The position numbers and the translations under genes were made by a program. Shown piece after piece: positions 42,174 through 51,785 of a stretch of DNA of 64,000 nucleotides. This stretch comes from Shigella phage SSG23, in the sequence record PQ351811; one strand, 5' to 3'. The notes beneath the pieces were generated by a model. It worked only from the letters and a program-made list of their open reading frames with translations. It was not told where the DNA came from and ran no database searches. Position 1 is the first letter of the stretch; every line of letters begins with the position of its first letter.

Positions 42174-44852
42174 ATGTATTTTCTGTCATGTGAGCGAGTA
42201 GGTGATAAGATCTACGAGCGTTATATTGATGATGCTGGACAAGAACAAGAGCGTTACGTTGAATATACGCCAACATTATTTCATCATGCCGCGCCTGGTA
42301 TGGTTACTAATTATAAAGATATCTATGGCAAGCCTTGCATTGCTAAAAAATTCCCATCTATGAACGAGGCCAACAAATGGCGTAAAAAGATGGGGGAAAT
42401 GGGGCAAGAGGCACTAGGGATGGATGATTTTATCATCTCCTATCTGTCTGATACATATAAAGGTGAGATTCGATATGACCGAAATAAAATCCGTGTAGCA
42501 TGGGTTGATATTGAGGTCACTGCACCGGAATTTCCTAAACCAGAAGAGGCGAAATATCCTATCGATGCAATTACGCATTATGACTCCGTACATGATCGTT
42601 TCTTTGTATTTGATTTGAAAGGAAAAAACGGTGAAATCTGGGAAGCAAGAAAGTCTATTCTTCGACCTGATATTGTAGAGCGCGTTGTTTATAACGTCTA
42701 TGATACAGAAGATGAATTGCTATTAGAATACATCCGATTCTTTGAGGAAAATCGACCAGTTGGCTTCACTGGCTGGAACACAGAAACATTCGATATCCCG
42801 TATATCATTAAGCGTATCAGTAATAAGTTTGGAAGTCGAACGGCAAACCGTTTAAGCCCGTGCGGTAAGATTAAATCCCGAATCTCACAGGATGATTTTG
42901 GCAACGAGCGTGAAGCATTTACGATCATGGGGATCGAAAGCCTTGATTACATTGACCTGTACAAGAAATTTAGCTTTACGACTCAACCAACATATGCATT
43001 AGATTATGTTGCTGAATATGAGACAGGAATCGGTAAGGTTGATTATGATGGTCCGTTAAAGAAATTGCGTGATGACAACCATCAACTTTACATCGATTAT
43101 AACATCGGCGACGTTGACCGTGTGCTGGCGATTGATAAAAAACGTGGTTTTATTGATCTGGTGTATAGCCTATGTTTCTATGCAAAAATTAAATTTAACC
43201 ATGTTTATAATCCGATGAAAGTATGGGATGCTATTATCTTCGGATCTCTGAAAGCAGAGGGTAAAGTAGTACCGGAAAATAAGATACAGCCTAAGCAGAC
43301 TTATCCCGGCGCATTTGTAAAAGAACCTGTGCCGAATGCTTACCGTTGGATGATGAGCTTTGACTTAACAAGTCTTTATCCATCTATTATTCGACAGGTT
43401 AATATTTCGCCGGAAACTATCGCTGGGTCTTTTGATGCTGCACCGATGCACGAGTATATCAATAAAACTGCCCCGCGTCCGAGTGATGAGTATTCTTGCT
43501 CGCCTAACGGATGGATGTATCGAAAAGATATTCATGGTATCGTACCGATTGAGATTAAAAAGGTATTCGACCAGCGTAAGCAGTACAAAAACATGATGTT
43601 GGCATGTGATCGCAATGCTGAACTCTGTAAAGCGATTCTACACGATGAAAATCATGTTTATGGGGGAACCATTAGCTATAGCGTTGAAGTTCGTCATGAC
43701 TTCGATGAAGCGTTTAAATCTATGCTTTCGGAATTGAGCAAAGATACCCTAGAAAAATTGCTGGAAGAATGTAAAGACGAGTCGATCTTGTGCAACACAA
43801 ACCAGCTTTCTCGAAAAGTTTTGATCAACTCCCTTTATGGTGCGTTGGGGAATCCTAAATTCCGCTTTTATGATCTCCGTAACGCTAGTGCGATCACATT
43901 GTTTGGTCAGCTTGCAATTCAGTGGATTGAGCGTAAGATTAACGAATACTTAAACGAGCTTTGCGGAACAACTGATTTTGCATATGTTCGTTATTGTGAT
44001 ACTGACTCCGTTTATGTGCTGGTTAACAATGTTGTTGATAAGGTTGGCGGGGAAGACCGTTTCGACGATACCGAAAAACTTGTTGACTTCCTTGATAATT
44101 TCGGTAAGCATAGAATGGAACCGATTATCGACAAGGGATATCGCGAGTTATGCGAGTACATGAACAACTATGAGCACTTGATGTTTATGGACCGTGAGGC
44201 AATTGCCGGACCGCCTTTGAAGTCTGCGGGTATCGGTGGATTCTGGACTGGTAAAAAGCGTTATGCTCTTAATGTTTGGGATATGGAAGGAACGCGCTTT
44301 GCTGAACCTAAGCTAAAAATCATGGGCTTGGAAACACAACGTAGTTCTACTCCTAAAGCATGTCAGAAATCACTGAAAGAATGTATTCGTCGTATGTTGC
44401 AGGAAGGTGAAGAGTCATTGCAGGAATACTACGGTATTTTTGAGCAAGAATTTAGAAAACTTGACTATCTTGAGGTTGCTGCGGTATCATCTGCAAACAA
44501 CCTACAGAAATACAGCGATTCAAACGGGTATCCGATTAAGGGTTGTCCGTATGCGGTTAAGAGTGTATTGTGTTATAATCGTAATGCTCGAAAATTCGGA
44601 CTAGATCCGATTCGTGAGGGCGAGAAAGTTATGATCGTACCGCTCAAAGATCGAAATCCGTTTGGAGAAATCTGTTTTGGTTGGTTGTCTGGTACTCGTA
44701 TTCCGCCAGAAATTGAATCAGAAGTGTTAAAGTGGTTAGACTGGCCTTTGTTGTTTAATAAGACTTTCGTCAAACCACTGGAGAACATTACCACGGCTGC
44801 AAAGCTGCAATATGAAAAAGTTGCTTCTCTGACTGACCTGTTTGACATTTAA
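42174..44852 (+). CDS. 43: DNA polymerase gp43 (family B)
   Basis: Exo motifs VAWVDIEV and YNIGDVD; pol motifs DLTSLYPSII, CDTDS; ATG 42174 after AAGGAG (track start 42144 is GTG). Confidence 0.95.
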   Translation: MYFLSCERVGDKIYERYIDDAGQEQERYVEYTPTLFHHAAPGMVTNYKDIYGKPCIAKKFPSMNEANKWRKKMGEMGQEALGMDDFIISYLSDTYKGEIRYDRNKIRVAWVDIEVTAPEFPKPEEAKYPIDAITHYDSVHDRFFVFDLKGKNGEIWEARKSILRPDIVERVVYNVYDTEDELLLEYIRFFEENRPVGFTGWNTETFDIPYIIKRISNKFGSRTANRLSPCGKIKSRISQDDFGNEREAFTIMGIESLDYIDLYKKFSFTTQPTYALDYVAEYETGIGKVDYDGPLKKLRDDNHQLYIDYNIGDVDRVLAIDKKRGFIDLVYSLCFYAKIKFNHVYNPMKVWDAIIFGSLKAEGKVVPENKIQPKQTYPGAFVKEPVPNAYRWMMSFDLTSLYPSIIRQVNISPETIAGSFDAAPMHEYINKTAPRPSDEYSCSPNGWMYRKDIHGIVPIEIKKVFDQRKQYKNMMLACDRNAELCKAILHDENHVYGGTISYSVEVRHDFDEAFKSMLSELSKDTLEKLLEECKDESILCNTNQLSRKVLINSLYGALGNPKFRFYDLRNASAITLFGQLAIQWIERKINEYLNELCGTTDFAYVRYCDTDSVYVLVNNVVDKVGGEDRFDDTEKLVDFLDNFGKHRMEPIIDKGYRELCEYMNNYEHLMFMDREAIAGPPLKSAGIGGFWTGKKRYALNVWDMEGTRFAEPKLKIMGLETQRSSTPKACQKSLKECIRRMLQEGEESLQEYYGIFEQEFRKLDYLEVAAVSSANNLQKYSDSNGYPIKGCPYAVKSVLCYNRNARKFGLDPIREGEKVMIVPLKDRNPFGEICFGWLSGTRIPPEIESEVLKWLDWPLLFNKTFVKPLENITTAAKLQYEKVASLTDLFDI

Positions 44853-44913
44853 GATAAAGTGTGTATAATGGCGGGTGTTGGGTGACGATACCCGCCAATG
44901 TGAGAAATATACT

Positions 44914-45102
44914 ATGAGAGACATTGAAAAGATTAAACGTGAACGAGAGGAAGGTATAGAGCATTTCAAGAAAGTTCACGGAAATCACAGCAACGAAGTA
45001 TTTGTGACGATCGATGTTGATGCGATGAAAAAGTTAATTCAAGAGCACTACAAAGATCGAATAACAATGAAGCAATTAAAGTATTACGGATTAACTGAAT
45101 AG
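44914..45102 (+). CDS. small hypothetical protein
   Basis: Track ORF 44875..45102; ATG 44914 chosen; only ORF in the 43-uvsX gap. Confidence 0.45.
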   Translation: MRDIEKIKREREEGIEHFKKVHGNHSNEVFVTIDVDAMKKLIQEHYKDRITMKQLKYYGLTE

Positions 45103-45113
45103 AGGTATTAATA

Positions 45114-46184
45114 ATGTCTGTACTGGAAAAACTGAAAAAGAACTCTACCCTGAAAACTACTGCGGTACTGTCTAAATCCAGCTTCTTTAACGAAAAAACA
45201 AATACTCGCACTAAGATCCCGATGCTGAATATTGCGTTTTCTGGTGATCTTAAAAAAGGCTTTCAATCTGGTCTGATTTTCTTTGCTGGTCCGTCTAAGC
45301 ACTTTAAATCAAACATGGGATTAACTTGTGTTAGTGCATACATGAAACAGAATCCTGATGCGGCTTGCTTGTTCTTTGATTCTGAGTTTGGTATTACTTC
45401 CGCATATCTGGAATCTATGGGAGTAGATCCTGATCGCGTGGTGCATGTTCCAATCAAGAACATCGAAGAACTTAAATTTGAAATCATGAACCAGCTTGAG
45501 CAAATTACCCGCGAAGATAAAGTGATTATCTTTATTGACTCAATCGGTAACTTAGCAAGTAAAAAAGAAGTTGAAGACGCGATTAATGAGAAATCCGCGC
45601 AGGATATGACGCGAGCTAAAGCACTTAAAGGCTTGTTCCGTATGGTTACGCCATATCTGACTATGAATGATATCCCGTGCATCGCCATTAACCACACTTA
45701 CGAAACGCAAGAAATGTTTAGTAAGACCGTTATGTCCGGCGGTACTGGCGCGATGTATTCAGCCAATGAAGTTTTCATTATCGGTCGTCGTCAGCAGAAA
45801 GAAGGAACCGAAATTACTGGTTATGATTTTATCCTGAATGCGGAAAAATCACGAACCGTTAAAGAAAAATCTAAGTTCCCGATTAGCGTAACCTTTAGCG
45901 GTGGTATCGATCCATATTCTGGCTTGCTGGAATTGGCTGTAGAGTTAGGTTGGGTAGTGAAACCGTCAAACGGCTGGTATTCTCGTTCCATCCTGAATAC
46001 AGAGACCGGAGAGATGGAAACCGAAGAACGCAAGTTCCGTGCTAAAGAAACCAATAGTATTGAGTTCTGGAAACCACTTCTGACAAACGATAAGTTTAAC
46101 GAAGCAATCAACGATCATTATAAGCTGGGACAAGTGATCAGCAATGAAGCAGTTGACAAAGAAATCGAAGATATGTTAGCATAA
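45114..46184 (+). CDS. uvsX: recombinase UvsX (RecA-like)
   Basis: Walker A GPSKHFKSN, Walker B IIFIDS; 356 aa; SD GAGGTA. Confidence 0.92.
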   Translation: MSVLEKLKKNSTLKTTAVLSKSSFFNEKTNTRTKIPMLNIAFSGDLKKGFQSGLIFFAGPSKHFKSNMGLTCVSAYMKQNPDAACLFFDSEFGITSAYLESMGVDPDRVVHVPIKNIEELKFEIMNQLEQITREDKVIIFIDSIGNLASKKEVEDAINEKSAQDMTRAKALKGLFRMVTPYLTMNDIPCIAINHTYETQEMFSKTVMSGGTGAMYSANEVFIIGRRQQKEGTEITGYDFILNAEKSRTVKEKSKFPISVTFSGGIDPYSGLLELAVELGWVVKPSNGWYSRSILNTETGEMETEERKFRAKETNSIEFWKPLLTNDKFNEAINDHYKLGQVISNEAVDKEIEDMLA

Positions 46185-46194
46185 CAATGGTAGT

Positions 46195-46217
46195 AAAGGG
46201 GCTACTTGCCCCTTTTT
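46195..46217 (+). terminator. intrinsic terminator
   Basis: AAGGGGC-TACTT-GCCCCTT followed by TTTC. Confidence 0.55.
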
Positions 46218-46239
46218 CATATCTAGAGAGGATTATATT

Positions 46240-46557
46240 ATGGATAAGAAACCAACAAGTTTAGAAGAAGCACACGGCTTGATTCAAGAAGCAATGAAGA
46301 CAGTTATTCAGGAATTGATAATTGTTGATGAAGAGGGAGAGCATCATATTGTCTATATTCATAATGTTGAATACGATCCAGACACTAAAGGTATTGTGGT
46401 CGACTACTCCACGCCGTCAGATCGTGATGTGGTATATCCTCACGTCATTAAGGCGTTAACCGCGCAGATCAAAGAAGCAGAAGAAAAGTTGAAAAAGGAA
46501 ACTTTCTGGTATAAACTCAAGACCTTTGTTATGCGTGTAGTCGGGGGCTATGTATGA
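46240..46557 (+). CDS. 40: gp40-like head vertex assembly chaperone
   Basis: 105-aa ORF between uvsX and gene 41 as in T4; GAGGATTATATTATG start. Confidence 0.55.
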   Translation: MDKKPTSLEEAHGLIQEAMKTVIQELIIVDEEGEHHIVYIHNVEYDPDTKGIVVDYSTPSDRDVVYPHVIKALTAQIKEAEEKLKKETFWYKLKTFVMRVVGGYV

Positions 46558-47966
46558 TTAAAACTATCTTTTCACAGTTGATTTACAATGGCGCATTCTT
46601 TACGAATGTATGGCCTCACCTTAAAGCGGACTACTTCACCGAAGACGAAGAAAAACTGATTTATAAGCTGATTAAAAAGCACGTAGACGAATATTCTAAT
46701 ATTCCTACGCCAACTGCATTACAGATTGCTTTAGACAAGGAGAGAGGCAATCAGACAACATATGAAGGGGCTAAAACTCTTCTCGATTCGCTGGAGAATA
46801 CACCGGAAGACCTTGATTGGTTAATGAAGGAAACCGAAAAATTTATCCGCGACCGCGCTATGTATAATGCAATGTCACGGGCGCTAGAGATTCAGGCGAA
46901 CGCACAACTACCAAAAGAGAAACAGAATAAGAAATTGCCAAGTGAAGGCGCTATTCCTGAGATCATGCAGGAAGCACTATCCATTACGTTTGATTCTGAT
47001 GTAGGTCATGACTGGTTTAATGACTTTGAAAAACGATTCTTGTTATATCAGACTAAAGCGAATAAGATCCCGTTTAAGCTGTCTATTCTGAATAAAATCA
47101 CGAAAGGCGGGGCAGAGAAAAAGACATTGAATGTTTTACTTGCTGGTGTAAACGTTGGTAAATCGTTGGGATTGTGTTCTCTTGCTGCGGATTATATGGA
47201 ATGTGGTTATAATGTTCTGTATATCTCAATGGAGATGGCAGAGCATGTCGTAGCCAAACGTATTGACGCAAATTTGCTTGACATTACCTTAGATGAATTG
47301 GATGATGGCAATGTTTCCTTTGCTGAATATTCCGCACGCATGAAACGCGTCAAGAATAAGAAAGCTGGAGAACGTCCAATCGGCAAGCTGATGATCAAAC
47401 AGTATCCGACTGGTGGCGCGAACTCCAATCACTTTGAGGCGTTAATGAATGAATTGCGACTCAAGAAACAGTTTAAACCTGATGTTGTGATTGTTGACTA
47501 TCTGGGGATTTGCGCATCGTCTCGCTTGCGTGTATACTCTGAAAATAGTTACACACTAGTTAAGGCTATTGCGGAAGAACTTCGCGGATTTTTTGTTAAG
47601 TGGGATGTTGTTGGTTGGACTGCGGCACAGACTACCCGCGCGGGTTGGGATGCTTCCGACCTTAACATGAGTGATACCGCTGAATCAGCAGGTCTTCCGG
47701 CTACAGCCGATTTTATGTTGGGTGTAATTGAGACCGAAGATCTTGCAAAAATGGGTGTTCAATTACTCAAGCAGATTAAATCTCGTTACGGTGATAAGAA
47801 CTATTATTCACGGTTTAACGTTGGTGTGAAAAAAGGCAATCAGCGTTGGTATGAAGTCCCAAACCAGATCGCAGATCAGGAGAATGCACAAGTTAAACCA
47901 CAAAGCGCACAGCAAGCCGAGAAACGAGAAAAACTCGACGAGCTAGCAAATAACATGACTTTCTAA
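46554..47966 (+). CDS. 41: replicative DNA helicase gp41 (DnaB-like)
   Basis: Walker A GVNVGKS, Walker B VVIVDYLG; 470 aa. Confidence 0.92.
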   Translation: MIKTIFSQLIYNGAFFTNVWPHLKADYFTEDEEKLIYKLIKKHVDEYSNIPTPTALQIALDKERGNQTTYEGAKTLLDSLENTPEDLDWLMKETEKFIRDRAMYNAMSRALEIQANAQLPKEKQNKKLPSEGAIPEIMQEALSITFDSDVGHDWFNDFEKRFLLYQTKANKIPFKLSILNKITKGGAEKKTLNVLLAGVNVGKSLGLCSLAADYMECGYNVLYISMEMAEHVVAKRIDANLLDITLDELDDGNVSFAEYSARMKRVKNKKAGERPIGKLMIKQYPTGGANSNHFEALMNELRLKKQFKPDVVIVDYLGICASSRLRVYSENSYTLVKAIAEELRGFFVKWDVVGWTAAQTTRAGWDASDLNMSDTAESAGLPATADFMLGVIETEDLAKMGVQLLKQIKSRYGDKNYYSRFNVGVKKGNQRWYEVPNQIADQENAQVKPQSAQQAEKREKLDELANNMTF

Positions 47967-48016
47967 TAAAATGCGCCCTACGGGGCGCTGGTGAATGATT
48001 TGATAGGAGATATAAC

Positions 48017-48652
48017 ATGATCGCTAATGCTTTACCGCCAAAATGGATCGTAAGTCGTTTTTATACTCTCAAGGAAGGTAACGCACCTGATGGTCGTCCG
48101 ATCCGAGATCTGTTTCTGGAGATGACTACAGCCGAAGCACAGTTTTATAATGATCTGACAGACGATAAGCCATTTCTCGTAAATTCGGTGGACCTTGATG
48201 GTAATGTTACGTCAATTATCGCACATGGTGGGGAAGTGAAAAATATTACTTCCTTGCGTGATCACGGTTGGGAAATTGCTTGTGTATTTCCTGCGGATGT
48301 ACGCGGATTCTTTGATGAGGTATCTGATATTAAAGTAAATGCACTGGAACCATATGACGAGAACCCACCACTGAAAGAAGAAAAAGAGTTGACACCGGAA
48401 GATGTAGGCAGTATACTACAACCCGACCTGTTTAAAAAGATTAGCGGTTTATGGACTATTACCCTGTATCCAACCGCATTAGGTTTAGAATTGGGTATGC
48501 CAACTTATTCTGATATTGATAATTGGACTAAGCACATTGATAAAGATGTTGAAAAACAGCGAAACAATGCTAAACTACAGTTGAAAGAGAAACGCAAAGA
48601 TCTTGAACGACAACTGAAAGAAACAAAACATTTGCTTTCTACGTTCGCTTGA
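48017..48652 (+). CDS. hypothetical protein with paralog-family-A-like module
   Basis: KPFLVNSVDLDGNV...GWEIACVFPADVRGFFDEV resembles modules at 28571-30909; coiled-coil C-terminus. Confidence 0.55.
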   Translation: MIANALPPKWIVSRFYTLKEGNAPDGRPIRDLFLEMTTAEAQFYNDLTDDKPFLVNSVDLDGNVTSIIAHGGEVKNITSLRDHGWEIACVFPADVRGFFDEVSDIKVNALEPYDENPPLKEEKELTPEDVGSILQPDLFKKISGLWTITLYPTALGLELGMPTYSDIDNWTKHIDKDVEKQRNNAKLQLKEKRKDLERQLKETKHLLSTFA

Positions 48653-48682
48653 TCTATAATGAAACTCTAAGGAGACTATATT

Positions 48683-49057
48683 ATGAAAAATATGATTACA
48701 CCGGAAGATGTAGCATTTAAAACCGCAAATAACGGAGACATTCTTATCTTTATTAACGGTAAACATGCTGGTATGGTTGAACCGGAAGGACGCTGGGGAG
48801 TCGCCGAACTTTATGATGTGGCTGGTGTAGATCCGAAAACTGCAATTGTTTTTCTGGCTGATAAAGATCAAATGCGTCGAAAAATTGCTGCGCTCTATAA
48901 TGAAGCAGTATATTTCTACGAACCGTTTCATCGTATTAAAACGATCTCCCGCGTGACTCGAAAAGATGTTAACGCTTGTATTATCAAGATTGTAGAGAAT
49001 CAGGATAAACTGACGAAAGACCAGATCGTTGACTTACTGAAAGAGATTATTCTATGA
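48683..49057 (+). CDS. hypothetical protein
   Basis: Track ORF after AAGGAGACTATATTATG. Confidence 0.55.
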   Translation: MKNMITPEDVAFKTANNGDILIFINGKHAGMVEPEGRWGVAELYDVAGVDPKTAIVFLADKDQMRRKIAALYNEAVYFYEPFHRIKTISRVTRKDVNACIIKIVENQDKLTKDQIVDLLKEIIL

Positions 49058-49230
49058 TTGGCTTTAAACAGTTTGTTGAAGAAAATAAACTCAAAGAAGA
49101 TATGACCGCTGGCGATGCTGGCGGCAATCCTGAGAAGATCGCAGCAGGGGAAACGAGCGGATCTATTACCAATCGTGGACCTAGCGTAGTGGGTAAAGAA
49201 AAACGCAAGAAGGAGAAAGACGGTGCTTAG
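49054..49230 (+). CDS. small hypothetical protein (58 aa)
   Basis: ATGA overlap with upstream stop; Gly/Lys-rich; below track cutoff. Confidence 0.3.
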   Translation: MIGFKQFVEENKLKEDMTAGDAGGNPEKIAAGETSGSITNRGPSVVGKEKRKKEKDGA

Positions 49231-49381
49231 TATCATCATGTTTATCGTTGGCTTGCTGTCCGCTATTATCGGTGTTGTTGTTTTCGGATTATCTGGACAC
49301 AAAACAAAAACAGAAAAGTTATCCGAGATCACAATGTATGTTGGTGTAGTTCTCATTCTGTTATCGGTGGCGCTTAAATGA
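49223..49381 (+). CDS. small membrane protein (GTG start)
   Basis: AGGAG SD 7 nt upstream of GTG; single TM helix; ATGA overlap with next ORF. Confidence 0.35.
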   Translation: MLSIIMFIVGLLSAIIGVVVFGLSGHKTKTEKLSEITMYVGVVLILLSVALK

Positions 49382-49581
49382 TTACGATGAAATGTCTTAA
49401 AAGCACATATGCACTTTTTGAAGCCGGAAAAGAATATGAATTTACAGAACTTGATCCGGTAGGCCGTTTTCGTGTATTCTCTTACACATCGCCAGATGGT
49501 AGTGTCTACAAATTTGGCTTAGATGAGAACGGAGAGAATGAAAATGAAAGTGTTGGAACTTTCATGAAATTTGAGCTATAA
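49378..49581 (+). CDS. small hypothetical protein
   Basis: Track ORF. Confidence 0.45.
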   Translation: MITMKCLKSTYALFEAGKEYEFTELDPVGRFRVFSYTSPDGSVYKFGLDENGENENESVGTFMKFEL

Positions 49582-49590
49582 GAGGTTATT

Positions 49591-50619
49591 ATGATTTACT
49601 ACGCAGATTATGAAATAGCGGAAAAAGCCATATACGGCGAACGAAATTTTAAACGGTTGCATACTAGCTCATTTACGCTGGTCTGTAGTTGTCCGATCTG
49701 CGGTGACTCAAAGAAAAATCATACTCAAGCGCGATTCCGTATCTATACCTATAAGGATAGTTTGCGTTGTGGTTGTTTCAACTGTAACTACAATCAGCCG
49801 TTAGGTGAATTTCTCAAACAGTATAAGCCGGACCTATTCAGGGAATGGCTTATGGAACGACGGAAGGAACAAGGCGACCACAAGAACACCACGTTCAAGC
49901 CACTGAAAAAGGTAGAAAAGCCGGAGATTAAGAAAGTGCAAACATTGCCTTTCTGCGAGAGATTAGATACTCTTCCGGCTAATCATCCTATAATAAAGTA
50001 TGTCAGTGATCGTTGCATTCCCAACGATAAATGGGATCTTCTGTATTTCACGAGAGAATGGCAAAAGGTAGCAAATCACATTAAAGCGGATACCTTCAAG
50101 AATCCGCAACCTGAACCGCGTTTAGTGATTCCTATCTTTAACCGTGAGAACAAGATAGAATCCATTCAGGGGCGAGCATTGAGAAAGGATTACGGAAAGA
50201 CCAAATATATGACGATTAAAACTCATGAGTTAGCGAGTAAGGTCTACGGTCTTGAACGTGCTGATCCGAGCAAACCAGTGTACTTCTTAGAGGGTCCGAT
50301 AGATTCCCTGTTCATTGATAATGGATGTGCTATCACTGGCGGTACTTTGGGATTGGATGAAATTCCTTTCCCTGATCAGCGAGTGTTTGTACTTGACGCC
50401 GAACCACGGTCAGCCGATACAATGCACCGACTGGAAAAGTTTATCAATGCAGGGGAAAAGATTGTATTGTGGGATCGTTGCCCGTGGCATTCTAAAGACG
50501 TTAACGCCATGATTCAGGACGAGGGCGCTACACGCGACCAGATCATGGAATATATCAAAGAGAACACCGTACAAGGTCTGATGGCTAAAATGCGGTTTAT
50601 GAAATATTGTAAATTTTAA
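49591..50619 (+). CDS. 61: DNA primase gp61
   Basis: N-terminal zinc ribbon CSCPICGDS...CGCFNCNY, TOPRIM-like EGPIDSLF and VLDAEPR; close to remembered T4 gp61. Confidence 0.9.
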   Translation: MIYYADYEIAEKAIYGERNFKRLHTSSFTLVCSCPICGDSKKNHTQARFRIYTYKDSLRCGCFNCNYNQPLGEFLKQYKPDLFREWLMERRKEQGDHKNTTFKPLKKVEKPEIKKVQTLPFCERLDTLPANHPIIKYVSDRCIPNDKWDLLYFTREWQKVANHIKADTFKNPQPEPRLVIPIFNRENKIESIQGRALRKDYGKTKYMTIKTHELASKVYGLERADPSKPVYFLEGPIDSLFIDNGCAITGGTLGLDEIPFPDQRVFVLDAEPRSADTMHRLEKFINAGEKIVLWDRCPWHSKDVNAMIQDEGATRDQIMEYIKENTVQGLMAKMRFMKYCKF

Positions 50620-50633
50620 TTAATGAGGTGAAT

Positions 50634-51152
50634 ATGTCAGAATTTAATTCTTGCGCTGGTCTGGTTAGCGACGAAACTATGTCTAAAGCTGGTATTGCGT
50701 ATTCCGAGGCAATCACTAGCGGCAAAGATCCGCTGCAAGTAATGTTAGATATGCAAAAAGGCTTACAGGTCGCACTAGCTGATAAATTTGAGTGGGTGCC
50801 GCATCCTGATAAGCTGGAAACTTGCGGGGAGATCCTTGATTGGATGAAGTTGTGGGATGACGCAATCGACGACGAGACACGAGAACTTTATGTTGCCCTG
50901 GGTGGCATGTCAAATGGCAAAGATGCAAGCGCAATTACTAAAGTGTGGAAGAAGAACCACGGCGAAGCACGAGCGCGTAAATTTGCTGATCTGTCAGATG
51001 ACGATAAAATCGAAATTGCGATGGAATTGATCGATATCTGGCATTTCGTGCTGATTAAAATGCTGGGCTTAGGTTTAACCGCTAAGGATATCTTCAAGCT
51101 GTACTACCTGAAAAATGCTGAAAATTTCGCCCGTCAAGAACGCGGCTACTAA
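50634..51152 (+). CDS. 56: gp56-like dCTP/dUTP pyrophosphatase (MazG-like)
   Basis: KDPLQVMLDMQ, HPDKLET, ELIDIWHFVL, KLYYLKNAENFARQ resemble remembered T4 gp56; adjacent to gene 61 as in T4. Confidence 0.65.
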   Translation: MSEFNSCAGLVSDETMSKAGIAYSEAITSGKDPLQVMLDMQKGLQVALADKFEWVPHPDKLETCGEILDWMKLWDDAIDDETRELYVALGGMSNGKDASAITKVWKKNHGEARARKFADLSDDDKIEIAMELIDIWHFVLIKMLGLGLTAKDIFKLYYLKNAENFARQERGY

Positions 51153-51159
51153 AAATTAG

Positions 51160-51188
51160 TTGACACTACTCTATAATGGTTTTATTAT
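51160..51188 (+). promoter_or_regulatory. sigma70-like promoter with leader hairpin
   Basis: TTGACA-17-TATTAT; leader GCCTCC-CGTCGAAAGATT-GGAGGC + TTTTTATT sequesters the SD. Confidence 0.55.
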
Positions 51189-51220
51189 GCCTCCCGTCGA
51201 AAGATTGGAGGCTTTTTATT

Positions 51221-51724
51221 ATGCAATTCACACCAGAAGAACTTAACATCATTGATGAAGTGATGAACTCTAAAGAAAATATCGATATGTCGATCCTTAA
51301 TGGATTGATTGAAAAGACTGAACGGTTAGTGCATCACGAAGCCTTGTATCGCGGTGTGAGCAAAAGAGAAGGCCGTAAGCTGGATACCTTAATTGTGGGT
51401 GATTCTTTCGTTGTAGAGCGTCCTATGAGCTTTACGCCACTACAATCAACAGCAGAGGACTTTGCAACCGATGTTTATGCAACAGGAAAGATTATTGCAG
51501 TAAAACCTACCAAGCCTTGCATGAATTATTACGAACATGCTATAGACCGAGTGGTGTCTAAAGAGTATGACAATCCGACTACTCGACTGTCTTTGTATGC
51601 TATGTTGGCTGATGAGCGCGAGTGCATATACAAGACAGGGACGACCATGATCCTTGATGAGATCGAGGAAGTTTACGCGTGCAATGGCGACCTGATAGAG
51701 ATTTACAAATTTTCTTTAATTTAA
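51221..51724 (+). CDS. candidate ADP-ribosyltransferase (ModA/ModB-like)
   Basis: Possible R-S-ExE triad: ALYRGV, SFTPLQST, DEIEE, with ART-like spacing; position matches T4 modA/modB region. Confidence 0.4.
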   Translation: MQFTPEELNIIDEVMNSKENIDMSILNGLIEKTERLVHHEALYRGVSKREGRKLDTLIVGDSFVVERPMSFTPLQSTAEDFATDVYATGKIIAVKPTKPCMNYYEHAIDRVVSKEYDNPTTRLSLYAMLADERECIYKTGTTMILDEIEEVYACNGDLIEIYKFSLI

Positions 51725-51727
51725 GTG

Positions 51728-51756
51728 TTGACAGCACAAACCAGATAGACAATAAT
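51728..51756 (+). promoter_or_regulatory. sigma70-like early promoter
   Basis: TTGACA-17-AATAAT; leader ACACACATACCAACTAAGGAGAATCAATTATG. Confidence 0.65.
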
Positions 51757-51785
51757 ACACACATACCAACTAAGGAGAATCAATT

